Origin: Cyanophora paradoxa CCMP329
Lineage: Eukaryota > Plantae > Glaucophyta
Direction: 5' to 3'
DNA: 64,000 nucleotides
Assembly: GCA_004431415.1 (NCBI GenBank)
Contig: QPMI01000428.1
Location: forward strand, 124,001-188,000
Positions 50,301-62,300 of the stretch are shown one piece after another. How positions within the stretch are numbered: the stretch's first letter is position 1; each line of letters opens with the position of its first letter. A program made the translations under genes and the position numbers. The notes beneath the pieces were generated by a model. The model worked only from the letters and a program-made list of their open reading frames with translations. It searched no databases and was not told the origin of the DNA.

Positions 50301-53300
50301 CCGGCGCAAACTGAATGAATCTCATGACCAGGCAACGTGCACGCTTGCTCCCGAGACTGCGACCGACCTTCGCCTGGACGACTTTGCGGCCTCGCCCATC
50401 TCGAGCAACAAGACGGTGACCCTCGGAGACCTTTATGCCTGGCCGCCGGGGCGGGTCCGTCTCTTTCCTCGCACAGCATCGAGCTTGCGCTGAACTCTGC
50501 CGCAGTTCAACTTCTCCGTCGGCGCTTTCACGACCATCGGCAGCGCCAGCTTCTCGCTCAAGGCACAGTACTCGACGAACGTGACCTCGGCCACGACCTA
50601 CACGTCGACCTACGGTTTCGGGCCCGCGCTGGACTTCTCCCTGGCCTGTACCCCGACGAGCGTGATCTACGACGAGGCCACGGTTTGCGTCGTCCAGCAG
50701 CTCACGGGCTCGCCGTCTGTTTCGTCGTCGTCGTTCCTGGCAGCCCGCGTGCTCGACGGAGCAACGATGAACTGCGGCGCTTACACCGACATCACGGCCG
50801 GCAAGTTCAACTTCTCCTGCGTCAGCAAGGTGTCCGAGAGTGCGAACCCGGGTTCGATCGTCGTCGGCTGGAAGGGCAACGGCGGGGGCATTCTCCCCTA
50901 CTTCAACGTCACGCTCTTCAAGATCGTCTCGGAGATCAGCTGCAGCCCGTCCCGCGTGGCGGTGGGAGACAACACGACGTGCACGCTCACTGCGAACATC
51001 GCGATCGCTCCTAAGATTGCCGCCGGCATCGTGACCAGCACCCCGGGCTCCCTCTCGCTCGTCGGGCCGTGGCGGCAGTCCGGAAACGACATCGCGGCCA
51101 CGGCGACGGTCCTGATGCCCTCGCGCAACGAGACGGTCGAGGCCTCCCTCCAAGGCGGCGGAAAGAGCGCGCCGGACTTCCTGTCGCTCGTGCAAGTCGA
51201 CTCGATCTCCTGCGTGCCGGGCACTCGCGTCGCGCGCTCCGTCAAGGCGAACTGCACCGTCGTCCGGAAGACGGCCTCCCCGGACCTGTTAACGACCGAC
51301 CTGGCGCTGAACCACACCACATGCGCCTCGGGCTCCTCGTCGTTTACAGCCTTCAGCGGTCTGAGGGACGGACCTGCTTCGTCGGGAGACCTCATGTTCA
51401 CGTTCACGGCGAGCCAGCTGGTGGGCACCGGGGGCTGCGGGCAGACGCTCTACTACTCGAGCGCCATTGCCTCTGCTCGTGGAGTCGCGGCGACCGTTTC
51501 TCTCTCCGTCGTTTCCGTCCGCTTCGAATGCCCTACGATTATCTACAGATTTGGCACGGTTCGCGTCTTGAAGCACTGCCTTCTGCCCGCTTGCTTTAAT
51601 TTTAACCCTTTCCTGCGCAATAATCAGACCACTTGCATGATGCTCCCCGAGTCGGACCTATCGCCTTCCTTGCAGCTCAGCGATTTCGACGCTGTTCCGA
51701 TCGTGACCAACACGTCCCTCACCGTTGGCTCTCTGACTGCGTACCCCGCCGGTCGAGGGGTATGCCGTCCGCTTGGTGGCCGCGCCTACCGCCGCTGATA
51801 TCGATATCCCGCGCAGTTCACCTTCACGCTCGAGGGATTCGATGCGGTCGGCGACAACGCGACCGAGATTCAGGCCGTCTACTCGCAGGCCGTCGCGGGC
51901 GATGCTCTCCGCAGCCCCGCGGCCGTCTTCGGACCTTCGCTCGACTTCGTCCTCAACTGCACGCTCGCCGAGGTCGCCTTCAACCAGACGACCGAGTGCA
52001 AGATCAAGCAGCGCGTCGGCCGCCCGCTCCTGAACTCGAGCTATTTCGACGCGGCCGGCGTCGTCGACGGCGGCAGCATGGCGTGCGGCCCGTACACGGA
52101 CATCGCGGCTGGGGAGATCGCGTTCTCCTGCGTCAGCAAGCGCGTCAACCGCCTCTCGCCCGCGCAGATCCGCGTGAATTGGAAGGACCCCGCGGGCGGG
52201 CAGCTCGCAACCTTCCCCGTGGTCCTCAGGACGGTCTCAGCCCTGAGCTGCCTCCCCGCGCGCATCGCCGTGGGCGACAAGCTGACCTGCACGCTGAGCG
52301 CCAACTATCCCATTACGCCGGGCTTCACCCGCTCCGCCTCCTCCCTCGTGTCCGGCGGCGTGCTGTCCAACGTGGGCGTCTGGACGCAGTCGGGTGAGAA
52401 CCTCGTCATCACAGCGACCGCGAGCACCGCCGCCCGCAACGCGAGCATCACGGCCGAGCTCATCGAAGCGGTGGCGGGCAACGTGCCGGTCTCGCCCCCG
52501 TCGTTCGTCGAGATCGTCGCCGTCGATTCGATCACCTGCAGCCCCGGCACGCGCGTCCTGCTCAACACGGCCGCGAACTGCACGGTCAACAGGCAGGCGG
52601 ACTCACCTGACCTGCTCCTCTCGGATCTCGTCCTCAACCGCACGCTCTGCGGCGGCGCCGGCTCCGCCAACTTCACCGCCCTCGCCCTCGGCGAGGGGGG
52701 CAACCTTGTGTTCACGTTCCACGCCAACTCGCTGGTGGGGGGAGACTCGGCGGGCTGCGCCCTCCCCATTCTCTACGCCTCGAACATCTCCGCCCTGGGC
52801 AGCACCGCGGCCACCGCGACGTTCCTCGTGATCGACCGGTACACGAACTTCACCTGCGCCAGCCGCGCGATGCGCTGGGCCCGCCCCGCCACTTTCGACT
52901 GCGTCCTCCAGGCGGACTCGGCCGACGCGTCGAGCCCCGTCCGCACCGAGGACCTCGTCCTCCTGGCGCCTGCGGGCGTCGCGTTCACCCGCTCCTCGCT
53001 CACGCTGACGCTCTCCCACGAGTTCACCGCCGACGCCGTCTACTCGTTCCAGGTAAACTCCAATCAACCCAATGACCCGCCTGCCGCTCGCGCGCTTCAG
53101 CTGATCACCGTGGCCCGTTCGCAGTTCGTCTGGGCCCCGAGCGTAGTGCAGCCCGACTTCTACGGCACTCTGAACATTTCGGCGGTCTACCAGGTGGACA
53201 TCGTCGCCACGTCGCTCAGCTGCACGAACACCGGCAACCGCATCCCCGGGACGACGATGTCCTGCACGCTGAGCCGCGCGGCGGACTCCGTGTCTCTCGT

Positions 53301-56300
53301 GCCCGAGGACGTCTCGATCGCCGTCTTCAGAACGGGCAACGCGTCCGTCCCGGCGGTCGCGGCCGGAGGGGACCTGACCTTCACCTACACCCCGCCCGAT
53401 GTCGCAACTACACCCTTGCTCGGTAATTAATAGATGTCTCAAGATTAAATGATCGAGGTTCGTTGGTTGACGCGCGCCGTGCGCCTTTCGCGCAGGCGAT
53501 ATGGTCACTGTCAGCTACGCCAACACAATCGACCGAGACACCAATCTTGTGGGGAACAAAGCAAGCGGCGACCCTTCTAACAGCCGCGCCATATTCTACG
53601 TGGCCGCTGATCTGAACTGCCCCACGTCCCGCCTGCGACTTGGGGCCAGCACCACATGCACGCTGACTGTCAGGCCAGGGTGGTCGGTCCCTGTCCTCAG
53701 CGACCTCGCCGACTACGAGGTATTCCAGCTTTACCTGGTTCTCTGCGTCTATAAATTTAACCGGCTGCGACCTCAGGTCACGGGCGATGACCTTCTGAAT
53801 GCGTACGGGTCGATTCCAGTCACCGGAAGCACGCTGACATCGATCACGTTCACGGCGACGAACGCCGGGCTGAAGTCGACCATCAAGGTTTATTACAGCT
53901 CGTCTGTCAGCAGCGTCCGAACTGCTCTCGACACGTCCTTCGACGTGCGAAATTTCTTCGAAACTGTTGCTGCCGGCGAGTTCTTTGACTGCGCCATGGC
54001 GCGCGCGCGCGCAGCTCACCGTGATTGCGACGCGCGCCACGAACCCGGTCACCTGCGACAAGACCCGCATCGCCGTGCAGGGCGTCGCGCGGTGCACTCT
54101 GTGGAAGAGCGACAGCTCCGCGCCGTTCACCGGCGAGGACTTCGTCGACCAGTACCTCTCGCCGGCGTCGGCTCGCAATCCCGTCGTCACGGCCGGCAAC
54201 CTCGAGTTCGACTTCGAAACGACGCTGGCCAACGGGTCCGCTGATTTCTTCTCATTTCTAGGAAAACTGTATCTGAGTGCTTTCGTGTCAGGCCCATGTT
54301 TACATACACGCTCTCGTACGTGGCTTCGATTGGTGGGGGCTTCGCGGGGTCGACCAACATTAGCATCATCAAGGCGGACCTGCACTGCAGCCCGCAGCGC
54401 CGCGGCCCCAACACGACTTTCTCCTGCTCCGTCACTCCAACGGCGACCAGCGCGCCTCTTTTATTGTCGGATATTGCCGCTCCGTCCACCAATTCGTCCA
54501 TGATGATTCTGGGTCCGGCGCGCGTCAGCGCGAAGAACTCTTCTATTCTCGTTTTTGAGGGCAACACCATCGACGCGACCACCGCTTCGATATACCTGTC
54601 TTACAGCACGGAGGTACGAGAGCCAAAGACATTCGGGAATAGTTTGCTGACGGAAGAATGCTCACTCAGATGGGCGGAGCGCCGCTTGGAGCCTTCGTGT
54701 AAGCGTCTTTTCGACCTTGCGCGCGCGAAGAGTTTGCGACTGATCCCGCGTCGCAGAATGGCGGTCGTCGGAGCGCGCCTGAACTGCAATCCGCGCGTCC
54801 GTGCCGGCTCGCGCATCCAGTGCCAGATCCTTCGCGCGCCAGACTCGCCGGCGCTCACCACATCCGATGTCTTCGTGGCCGTCTACCGCATCGGCTACCG
54901 CCAGCTCTCCAACCGCCGCGCCTTCTCGCAGTCCGGCGACCACCTGCAGACGACGCTGCGCATCCCGCCGGCCCCCCTCACCGGCGAGGTCGGGCACGTG
55001 AGCGTCAACTACGGCGGCGGCTCGCTCGGCACCTTCTACGTGAGCTCACCGTGCCTTTTTACAATGAGCTATATCTTATAATCAATTAGTTTCTTAGCTC
55101 ACTATGCCTTCTTAGCGTTACCTGTACCTCCTCAAAATCTAACCGGCCCCGCGCGCCGCAGCCGATCGCCACGCTGAACTCCAACTTCACGGTCGTCTGG
55201 GGCACGCTCACCTGCAAGCAGCCCCGGCGCCGCGTCAACTCCATCGAGAGATGCCTCGTCAACCGCGCAGCGATCTCGTCCCCGCTCGAGCCGACGGACA
55301 TCGACGTGCCCACGATGCGCGGCCAGATTTCCGACCCCACCGTGCCGGTTGTGAACAACGGTTCGCTTGAGATCAACGTGACGATGTCGACGTACGGCAC
55401 GGTATCGCTGTCCACCTTCTGGTCAGCCTCTGTGGACGCGGACAAGGAGCAGATCCCGTCGACCGTGAACGTCACCGTGCTCGACGGGCGCGCCTCGTGC
55501 TCCCCGAGCCGCATCGCCGTCGGCGCGAACGTCAGCTGCGTCGTGCTGCCGAACGCGGGGTCGGCGGACCTGCTGGTCGAGGACGTCAAGCCGGCGCCCG
55601 TGCCCGGCGGCTACATCTCCACCGGCGACCTGGTCCCGGTGAACGGCAGCATCACGTTCAGCGCCCTTGCTGTGACCGCGAAGGACGCCGTGCCCGTGTC
55701 CGTCTCCTGGAGCGACGGGCTCGACGGCGGCGAGCTCGCGGCGCAGCTCGTGGATGTCGTTCGGGCGGACTTCGCGTGCCTCCAGCGCGCCCGCGAGTCG
55801 CTCGCGGCGCCCTGCACTCTGACGCCGGTCGGGCAGTCCCCGGCCCTGCTCGGCTCCGATTTCTACGCCCCGGTCCCGTCGAAGGCCGGCGCGTTCTCGG
55901 GCTACGCCGCGGGCGACAGCGGGATCCAGGCTTTCACGTTTGCCACGGCCGCGCTCGTTCCGTCCGTCTCGCTCTCCATCTCGTACAACGCGTCCATCCA
56001 GCCGTCGCTGCCGGACCTCCAGGCGGACGGCTCCCCGCAGACGATCATTTTCGTCGGCGGAGTCCTGTCGACGAACACGTCCCGCGTCGCCGTCGGGACC
56101 ACGGCGCACGTTTTCATCGCCAAGAAGGAGAACTCTTCGACGCTCGCCCTCTCCGACTTCGACGATCCCTCGTTCTCGCCTCTGCTCACCGAGGGCGCGG
56201 CCGCCATCTCTCGCGGCACCACCGACTCCGGGCTCGCTTACGCGTACACGATGACCGTCCCTGGCCGTACGGTCGCTTTGGCTAACTTCAGCTCCTCCGT

Positions 56301-59300
56301 CGGCGGCGGCCCCGTGGTGATGGACGTCGATCCCGCGATCACCGTCCTTGGTGCGAACCTCACCTGCTCGAGCCGTCGAGTCGCCGTCGGTACGGCCATC
56401 GAGTGCCACATCGCGCTCATCGGAGACTCGCCCAAGCTGTCGCCGGACGAGCTCGTCGTCTCCGTCACGCCCAGCGCCGCCGTCACGAACGACTCGCCGG
56501 CGCTGGCCAACGCCACCGACTCCGCGTTCCTGTACTCGTTCGTCGTGAACGTCGTCGCGCCGACAGCGGACGCCAGCATCTCCGTCCGCTACGCGGCGTC
56601 GATCGATCCCGAAACGCGCCACATCGCGTCGTCCCCGGCGCAGTTCGTCGCCATCGGTGAGCGTCCCTCCTCGCAACTTGAAGGTCGCCATTGATGCGTG
56701 CACGTGCGCTTGCAGGCGCTGACATGACCTGCTCGCACAACCGGCTGCGGGTCGGCGCGATCTCGACTTGCGACATAGCGAAGCGCACAGACAGCCCGGA
56801 CCTCCTCCTGTCGGACTTCACGCTCGTGAACAATTCGGCGGGCTCCTACGGCGCGGCATCTACCACGGCCGGCGGTGGCTTGAGCTTTGACTACACTTCT
56901 GAGGCCGTAACCGATGACAACGGGGCCACAATCCTGGTTCGCAATTCAGCGACACTACGTATTATACGTAATTGCCGTGCATTTACCGTGGTCTAGGTCC
57001 GCTATGCTCCGGCTCTCGACGAAGCTGCCAGCGTGATCGGAGGTGGAAACGTCACCGTTGTCATCATCGATGTCTCGTGCGTGTCTCTTTAGCTCGATCG
57101 CGAGCTCCGATCTCAAAGTGCTCTCTTGACCCCTCTTGCAATTGCTGCAGAGCGGCCTGCGACCTCTACCGCGCGGCCTTGGCGGTTTCGTTCAACTGCA
57201 CGTTGACGCGCGTCGACGGCAGCGCCGCCATCTCGGCCGCGGACTTCGGTGCCGCCTCCGTCGACCCGGCGGCCACCGCGGCGCTCTCGTCCTGGACGGC
57301 CACCGGCTCCGAGACCGACCCCGAGCTCTACGTGACGGTCACGACGGCGGCCGCGGCGACCAACGCCACGCTCACCTTCCCGTGGGCCAGCGCCGTCGGC
57401 GGCGGCTCGAAGACGACGCTGCTGAACGTCGTCGCCGGCAACGTGACCTGCGACAGGCTCCGCCTGGCGCTCAACGCGACGACGCGCTGCACCATCGGCC
57501 GCGTCGGCAGCTCGCCCGCGCTCGACGTCGCGGATTTCTTGGCGCTGGCCGCCAGCCCCGCGGACCTCGGCGAGTTCTCGGCGCTCTCGGCGGCGGACGG
57601 CGGAACGGTCGCCTTTACGTACCGCGCCCTCCTGCCGACGACGGAGCAGACGGCGTTCATCGTGAAGTATGCGGCCGCGGTGGACCCGTCGCAGCGAGAC
57701 GTGAACCCCACGAGCGTCAGCGTCGTGGTCCTCTCCGCCAGCCTCGTCTGCACCCCGGACCGCCGGGCCATCAACGCGCCGTTCTCCTGCTCTCTCAGCT
57801 CGCGCAACGACACGTGGCCGACCCTGTTGCCCGAGGACTTCGCCGCGCCTGCGATCAGTCCGGCGGGGGCAACGTTCACGCCGCTCGTGTCGGCCGGCGA
57901 CGCGGTCAACTTCACCGTCGCCGCGACCGTCCAGAGCCTCTACCCGAACCTCACGGTCTCCTGGAGCAGCGCCGCGCACGACCTCGCGGACGTCCCCGCC
58001 GTCGCGCCGTACCCGCTCACCGTCCTCTCCGCGAACGTCTCCTGCACGGGCCTGCGCCAGACGCTCGGGCACACGATCTCGTGCACGATCACGAGTCTGG
58101 ACCTCTCGCCCTGCCTCCTGATGCAAGAGCTGGCGGTCGACGTCCAGCCAGCGGGTGTCGCCACGCTCTCCAGCCTGTCGAGCCGCGGCCCCGCCGCCCA
58201 GTGCCTGTTCCTCGGAGAGAACGACACCGACACGGGCATGTACGCTTTCACGGTCACAAGCACCAACCTGACGGACAGCGGGAAGATCGTCGTCCGCTAC
58301 GCCTCCGCAATCGACCCGAGCACGGCAGTCGTGCAAGAAGTTCCGTTCGTCGTTGTCGGGGCGGACCTCGCGTGCACAGATCTCAGGCGCCGCCTGGGGG
58401 CCAGCGTCTCGTGCGAGCTCAAGAAGCAAGGCGGGGGCCCGGACCTCCTCGCCTCCGATTTCGAGCTGCTCCCGTGCAGCGCCGGCACGTACGGCAGCGT
58501 CACGCCGACGGCTTCGGGCGGCCTGCAGTTCCAACTGACCGCCACTGCGACCACGCCGGACGACGGCGCCCCGCTGGCAGTTCGCTTTGCGGCGCTGGCC
58601 GACGCGAACCAGACCCAGCTCGCGGCCTTCAACGTCGTCGTCATCGCTGCCAACTTCTCGTGCAGCAAGCCGCGCATCGCGGTCCAGTCGCCGTTCAACT
58701 GCTCCGCCTTCGCGCCTCTGCCCGGCAACAGCACCGCGACGCTCTCGCCATCCGACTTCGCCGCGCCCGTCCTCGTCCCTGCTGGATCCTTCGTCGCCGA
58801 CCAGTCCGGGTGGTTCGTACATGGCACGAACGAGCTCTACCACCGCTTCACGTCGGCGACTCCCGGGGCGGCGGCTGTCGTGTGGCTGTCCTGGGCGGCA
58901 TCCGTCGGAGGCGGATCGACGGAGGTTCTCGTGGACGTCATCGAAGCTCGGCTCGTCTGCACGACGCCGCGCCGGGCGGTCAACGTCTCCGCGCCCTGCC
59001 TCCTCGCCCGCGTGGGCGACTCCCCCGCGCTCCAGCTCGCGGACTTCCTGCAGCCAGGAGCGTCGCCGGCCGGGTTCGGCGTCTTCGGCGCGCTGGCCGT
59101 CGAGGCGGACGGCAACGTCTCCCTCTCCTACACCCCGCTGCGCCTCACGCCGACGACCGTGCTGTCCGTCCAGTACTCGTTCGCCGTGGACGACAGCGTG
59201 GCAGCCGTCACGGACTCTGGGTTCAACCTGGCGACCCTGGGGGCGCAGATCTCGTGCCCGGCGCGGCGCGCGATCGGCGCAACGCTGTCGTGCACAGTGT

Positions 59301-62300
59301 CGGCCGCCACGGATTCCGCGCCCCTGCAGGACGGCGACCTCATCGCCGCCTCGTACAGCCCGTCGGGCACGGTGTCGAACGTCTCCGCCCCCGCGTTCGC
59401 CGGGCCCTCGGCGCTCGTCACGGCCGTCATCGCCAGCACAGTCACCAACGTCACGGTCGTGCCGCGCTGGAGCGCCGCTGTTTCCACCGACTCGCATGCA
59501 TCGATGACCGGCATCGCGGCCAGCGTCGCGGTTGTAGGTCGGTTCTAGATCTATTACCTTTTTTGCGTGCATTCTGCAGGCGCAATCTCACCGCCTGCGC
59601 GTCAGACGCGACGCTCGTGTGCGGCGGCGTCGAGGTCGAGATCGGAGGCACGCTCTCCTGCAGCATTCAGGCCGTCTCTCCGTCCGTCATCCAGTTCAGC
59701 GACTTCCAGGGCCCTGTCTTGGACGCGACCTCCCTCGTGAGGAGGAACGTGCTGCAGCAGTTCGACTTCGCCGACGTGTCGGCCCTCGCGGTCGACGACA
59801 GCGGCCGTATCGCGCTCACCATCACGGGCCGGCGGCTCACGGAGCAGGCGATCGCGAGGGTTTCGGTCTCCTACGCCACAGCCGTCGACCCCTCGGGCTC
59901 GAGCCGGCTCATTCGCGAGGCCCCGCGCCGATTCCAGGTCACAGGGGCGATGCGTGTCGTCAGCTCCCGCTTCCTCGACAATGCGTTCCAAATTCAAATC
60001 GTCTTCACCGCCCCGGGCGCCGCCAGCGGCAACACGGAGGCCTTCCCGTCAGGAAACTACTTCACCGCCGACGGCGTGATCCTGCTCGGCGAGGGCGCGA
60101 CCTGCGCGTGGACCGCGCCGGCCGTCCTCACGTGCGACTCGACGGCCAACGCCACCATCATGCCCGGCGACCGCCTCGTCTTCCGCGCGCCGGTCGTCTC
60201 CTCCGACGGCACCGGCCGCTCCTTCTCCGGCTTCGTCATCATCGGGCCGCCCCTGAACCCGCCCGTGCCCGCCATCAACATCGACTACGTCCCGAGCGTC
60301 GGCTCCTGCCGCCTGGTCAAGGTCAAGGTCGTCCGCGTCTCTGGCGTGGCCCTCCGCGGGGCGCGCATCCGCTGGGCCTGCGCGGACAATGCCACCTGCG
60401 ACCTCTCCACCCGCGTCCAGGAGGGCATCGACGCGGCCAACAGGGGCAACAGCGCGCAACTGTCGATCTCCTCGCAGATCCCGACGGAGCAGACGTACAC
60501 CTTCTCGATATCGGCCTCGAACTTCCTCGGGGTCACCTCGAGCGTCGTCGTCTCCGTGTTCAAGTCCGCCGGGCTCCCGCCGACTCTGCAGGTCCGCGCC
60601 TCGAACTGACGCTGTCTAAATCTGGGGCCCATGTATCTGATCATGACGTTTCCTCTCGCTTAGATTGACGGCGGCTCGACGGTGTACACCCGCACGCCTG
60701 ACCTCACCACCATCAAGTGAGCTCATATTCGCGAGCTCTCAGTTCTATAGCATACCTAGGCCTAGATTTGTTGGACTCCCGCTTATCTCGACCGCTCTTC
60801 AGGGTGATCGCACTTCGCACCCAGTGCGAGACGGTACGCCGCGCACGTCGCACGCTGTCAAGAAAGACGACGTGTGCTGATTGTGCATCGCAGGACGATC
60901 CGGCCTTCTTCGTTGTTCAGCAGGACGATTTCCGCTGGTTCCGATCCGAGGGTGCGTGCCTTGTCTTTCTGTTTGGAGCAGAGAAGTTTTGACTGAATCT
61001 TTCTTCGGGCAGGCATTGACGTCGCCTGGCTCCCCCCCAGCTCGCTCCAAGCGCTGCTCCCAGCCTCGGTCGCCCTGGACAAGCCTGCGATCACGATCCC
61101 GCGGGGAACACTGCCGCCAGGAGAGGTCTACACGCTGACCATGGCGGCTGTCGACACGCTGCAGCAGCCGCCCACGCGAGCTTCGATTAACGTTACCGTA
61201 ATTGTTGCCAGGCAGCCTGTGGATGCTATCATCGCGGGCGGTGCATTTTATTTTTCATGCATCATCAACAGCAATTCCAAGCTCACTCGTCCGGTCCACT
61301 GGCGCAGGCGATCATGTCGTCTCGCCGTTCAGCACGTTCACGGCCGTGGGGACCCTGTCGCATGACCCCGACTACACGCCGGGGCGCTCGGCCGCCGGGA
61401 CCTCCAGCGTGCTGTTCTTCACGTGGATCTTCACCGGCGCGGACGGCCTGCCCGTGCACCGCACGCAGCGGACGACGGACTCTGTCCTATCGATCACGCC
61501 CGCCGACGCTGGGCTCAAGCAGAAGACCGCGTACACGCTGACGCTGCTGGTAGAGGCCGAGCGCTCGGGCGTCGCTGCAGAGTTCCTCTACGCGAACGAC
61601 ACTGCGTCGATCAGCGTCCAGGTCGCATCCGCGTCCACGCCCATTGTCAAGGTTCGCACAGACAAAATAATACAAGTACTGTAGGCTGCAGACGTGACCC
61701 TGTCGCCACAGATCACGGACGTCTTCCCCGCCGATCTCCTGTACGTCACGAAGTACCCCATCCAGATCCGGTGCTCGGCGATCCAGCCGGGCAACGCGAA
61801 GTCGGACAGCGAGATGCGCTTCGTCTGGAGCGCGCCGGGAGGGGAGCGGGAGCTCGCCAACCTCTCGTCGGTCACGTCGCGGAGCACGCTCGGCGCCCAC
61901 TCGATCTCGACCATCTTCATCACCGAGGAGTTCGGCCTGCACCGCGACCGCCTCTACGGCATCCGCTGCTCGGCCTACAACGAAGCCAGCGGCGCAGAAT
62001 CTGCTGGTGCGCACTAGAACTGCAGCTATTCGCTGCAATGCGCACTCGCTGCGCACTCCGACGCCTGAGCGGTGCGATCAGGGTCGGAGCAAATCTCCGT
62101 CCGCGTCATTTCAGGCCCGAAACCGGGCGAGTGTGCCGTGGTCCCGTCGTCCGGCGTCGCTCTTGAGACGCAGTTCGTCGTCACCTGTTCCGGCTGGAAC
62201 GCCGCCTACTCCGAAGACGCGAGCCTTCGCTACCAACTGAAGGTCTAGATCTTGCTCAAAAAGCTTCCTTTCCGGTCGAAATTGATCGACACTCATCGCA

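Noticed and set aside
57113-60668. 819-aa minus-strand ORF and the Arg-rich N-terminal part of the 1157-aa plus-strand ORF as overlapping genes
   Set aside because: They are off-frame or antisense shadows of GC3-biased exons of the giant gene. Only the part of the 1157-aa ORF after about 59.6 kb is the true frame.
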